Positions 61,879 through 64,000 of a stretch of 64,000 bases of DNA are shown here, piece after piece. The notes under the pieces were generated by a model. That model saw nothing but the letters and a program-made list of their open reading frames with translations. It searched no databases and was not told the DNA's origin. The position numbers were made by a program, and so were the translations under genes. The stretch lies in the NCBI GenBank assembly GCA_964546085.1, contig CAZJIB010000011.1:2313-66312 (forward strand). Direction: 5' to 3'. Position 1 is the first letter of the stretch. Each line of letters starts with the position of its first letter. This DNA comes from an uncultured Isosphaeraceae bacterium (lineage in GTDB: Bacteria; Planctomycetota; Phycisphaerae; Phycisphaerales; SM1A02).

Positions 61879-64000
61879 TTACTCGCAGGGTCCCCAAGCA
61901 GCGATAACCGAGAGCAAGTCGGAGACATCGGCAAAGCCGTCGCCAGTAACATCCTCGTCGCAGCCTTCACAGGGACCCCACGCAGCGATGATCGCCAACA
62001 TGTCCGTCACATCGACCATGCCATCTCCGCTGACATCATCGGCACATCCTTCGCCACCACCACTGGTGTCGACGCCCAAAATCTCGATGTCATCAATATT
62101 CCAGCCAGAGTATGCCCATGAAAAGTTCTCGACCTGATAGGTCCAGGCGATGTAGACCGTCTCTTCGCCGTCGGCAACAGCAGAGATATCAAACTCCTGC
62201 AGATTCCAACTCGAATCAGTGGTCTCACTACTACCGTTGCCCCAGAGCTCGATCCACGTCTCACCATCACTGCTGGCGTATACATTGGCGTAGACATACG
62301 GCTGATAGTCGGAGTTGAGCCACCGCTGGAACTTTAACTGCGTGTCAACAAGCATGGAGCAGTCGATTGCATCTGTGATGAGGAAGTACGGCCCTCCGGG
62401 CGATGTTGAGTAATCGCCATTCAGGTTCACGCCGTAGACATTGCTGCCCGTTGCACCGTTGCTGGGGTCAGCGTTGCCGTAGTTGCTACCACCCTGTCCG
62501 CTCGGATGCCCAAAGGCCCATTGCCCGCTGGTGGACCATCCAGGATCCAGATCGAGCGTCCACTCATAGATCTGCACCGGAACACCAACGTTGACCGACA
62601 CCTGCTTCACAATGTCGCCATCGTGATTCGTCTGATTCACAAACGCTATCTCGCCTTCGTGCAGACCATTGTGCAGATCATCGGCACCACCATTGAGAGA
62701 TACCGTCACCTCAGCACTGCCGCCACCGAGAATCGAACCCGACTCGGGACTGACATCAACCCAGCTGACGTCTGCATCGGCGGTCCATTGAATGGTGGTC
62801 GCATTGTGATTGGTTAGCGTAAATATCGCTGAATCCGGGACGAACGGCCCGCCGAGCGGCCCCCCCGCATGCAACCCGCTGCCGGCAACCTTGAGCCCGG
62901 TCGGTGGCGCAGTCGTGCCAACCACGCACAGCGTCGGGTCGCCGAAGATGATCCATGTATCCATCATATCTTCGCCAACGCCGCCGTACTCGTCGATCAT
63001 GAGGCAGGATCCGGCCATGCACAGCACGCCGCAGCATCGATACTGCTCGGCGCAGAAAAGATCAACGATCTCATCTTGGGCGCTCATCGGTTCGGCCCAT
63101 GACTGATTGATCGACGACATGTATGCCAAGATCGCACCGGACGGATCACCGCCACTTGTTGCTCGAAGCCACGCCTCAGCAAAGCATGTCGGCCCGTCAT
63201 ACTCACCGTTGACACATGCAACCGACACGATCCACGGGAGCGTGCCCGTGTTTATCAGCGCGTTGACATTCGTGTTGTTGAAGCCCGTTGTCGACCACGC
63301 CGTAGTCGAACCGTGCCCCGTATAGTTGATCAATCCCCGGCCAGCGTTGACGCCGGAAGAGATCTGCGCGCTCGTTGCGCCAGGGTCGTACACCTGATCG
63401 ACCTGCGTGTAGCCGTACGCCAAAAGATCGGCACGGATATTGTTCTGATGTTCCCAGTCGGCTTCGCCGTCATCTCCTATGCCCGCGCCCTCAGCGGAGC
63501 CGATGCCGATGGCACGCATGTACCAGTCTTCCTGCGTCGCCGCATCCTCTTCGTAGGCGATTGTCCGCTCGACCTGCGTATCGACATGCGTTCCGCTCTC
63601 GGCCGAGAATCGGCCGATTATGATCTCCGGATAGTGATCGCTGCCCGACAACATGCCATAGGAGGGATCGGAGGCACCCCCAGCGCTACTGGGCGCGGTG
63701 ATCTGGAAGGAGTCCCCGACCAGCAAAACGAATCCGAGATTGCCGCCATCGTATGTGCTCTGGATGTAGTTCTTGATGGATGTCGCACTGTTGCCAATTG
63801 ACGACACAGTTACCACGCTGGTGTTGATTCCGATGGAACTCTTGTGCGTTATGAGCGGCTGAATGTTCGGCATGAAGTCGTCGTAGCAGATGATCAACAG
63901 ATCACCATCATCGCTCATCGGGTCGTACCGGTTGTTTCGGTCGTAGTTGATGAAGTGCCTGTCGTAGAGCAGATCAAATGCCGGACCGGTGCCATGCTCG
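61879..64000 (-). CDS. Peptidase C25 (gingipain-like cysteine protease) with C-terminal beta-sandwich domains and a dockerin/EF-hand double tag; 5' end outside the window
   Basis: Catalytic His region INYTGHGSTTAW and Cys region IVSVACVNGEYDG. The tail is DDVSGDGMVDVTDMLAIIAAWGPCEGCDEDVTGDGFADVSDLLSVIAAWGPCE. The frame stays open upstream of the first Met (63918) to position 64000. Confidence 0.8.
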   Translation of the reverse strand, partial: EHGTGPAFDLLYDRHFINYDRNNRYDPMSDDGDLLIICYDDFMPNIQPLITHKSSIGINTSVVTVSSIGNSATSIKNYIQSTYDGGNLGFVLLVGDSFQITAPSSAGGASDPSYGMLSGSDHYPEIIIGRFSAESGTHVDTQVERTIAYEEDAATQEDWYMRAIGIGSAEGAGIGDDGEADWEHQNNIRADLLAYGYTQVDQVYDPGATSAQISSGVNAGRGLINYTGHGSTTAWSTTGFNNTNVNALINTGTLPWIVSVACVNGEYDGPTCFAEAWLRATSGGDPSGAILAYMSSINQSWAEPMSAQDEIVDLFCAEQYRCCGVLCMAGSCLMIDEYGGVGEDMMDTWIIFGDPTLCVVGTTAPPTGLKVAGSGLHAGGPLGGPFVPDSAIFTLTNHNATTIQWTADADVSWVDVSPESGSILGGGSAEVTVSLNGGADDLHNGLHEGEIAFVNQTNHDGDIVKQVSVNVGVPVQIYEWTLDLDPGWSTSGQWAFGHPSGQGGSNYGNADPSNGATGSNVYGVNLNGDYSTSPGGPYFLITDAIDCSMLVDTQLKFQRWLNSDYQPYVYANVYASSDGETWIELWGNGSSETTDSSWNLQEFDISAVADGEETVYIAWTYQVENFSWAYSGWNIDDIEILGVDTSGGGEGCADDVSGDGMVDVTDMLAIIAAWGPCEGCDEDVTGDGFADVSDLLSVIAAWGPCE

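Noticed and set aside
61694-61970. ORFs 61694..61897 (-), 61755..61970 (-) and 61774..62121 (+) around the tRNA.
   Set aside because: They overlap the tRNA-Pro gene, the terminator hairpin or the well-supported C25 peptidase frame, and have no motifs.

Overview
Limits: there are no database searches behind this. Every family call is motif and architecture recognition from memory, and start codons are my own choices.

The window is a visibly GC-rich, very tightly packed chromosomal segment. Most co-directional neighbours overlap by 1-23 nt, and most convergent pairs overlap or abut. I call about 48 CDS, two of them running off the window edges. I also call one tRNA-Pro(UGG), four intrinsic-terminator hairpins, one palindromic bidirectional hairpin, a tandem NrdR-box pair in front of nrdJ, and three simple or tandem DNA repeats. 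I saw no rRNA, CRISPR array, transposase, integrase or phage genes.

By inference only, the gene content points to a Planctomycetota (Phycisphaerae-like) bacterium. The supporting content is:
- a PEP-CTERM-like tail
- dockerin/EF-hand C-terminal tags
- an FG-GAP+TPR lipoprotein
- a PSCyt-like motif
- a MoxR-DUF58-VWA operon
- an NHL propeller
- an RRM protein
- a class II RNR

Main blocks:
1. 3.5-13.9 kb holds a complete reductive pyrimidine-catabolism locus: a PreA-like reductase, dihydropyrimidinase, beta-ureidopropionase, NCS1 permease, class-III aminotransferase and (methyl)malonate-semialdehyde dehydrogenase. An FG-GAP/TPR lipoprotein heads the operon.
2. 14.4-23.2 kb is a secretome island: a lipase-like protein, an EEP nuclease/phosphatase with a new repeat, a frameshifted gene, a choice-of-anchor-A protein and a PEP-CTERM protein.
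3. 24.7-29.5 kb is an operon TPR-YggX -> two DUF4190-like paralogs -> MlaF -> MlaD -> TrmH, with no MlaE permease.
4. 30.5-45.6 kb is a 15-kb co-directional block: ribF, nrnA, a coiled-coil membrane protein, an Fe3+-type SBP, a permease-NHL fusion, VWA, MoxR, DUF58, BatA-like and murD.
5. 45.7-53.6 kb holds a large NAD-GDH plus a three-gene cluster of unknown function: DUF4139, a PSCyt-like protein and a coiled-coil lipoprotein.
6. 53.6-64 kb holds queG, a UvrD/PcrA helicase, nrdJ, an orphan nuoA, tRNA-Pro and a C25 (gingipain-like) peptidase.

Candidates most worth follow-up:
- the MlaE-less MCE operon with paired DUF4190-like proteins
- the ABC permease fused to an NHL propeller inside the MoxR/VWA operon
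- the shared dockerin-like C-terminal tag, including one out-of-frame copy
- the 12-nt repeat array upstream of pyrD
- the ferredoxin-less, PreT-less PreA-like reductase
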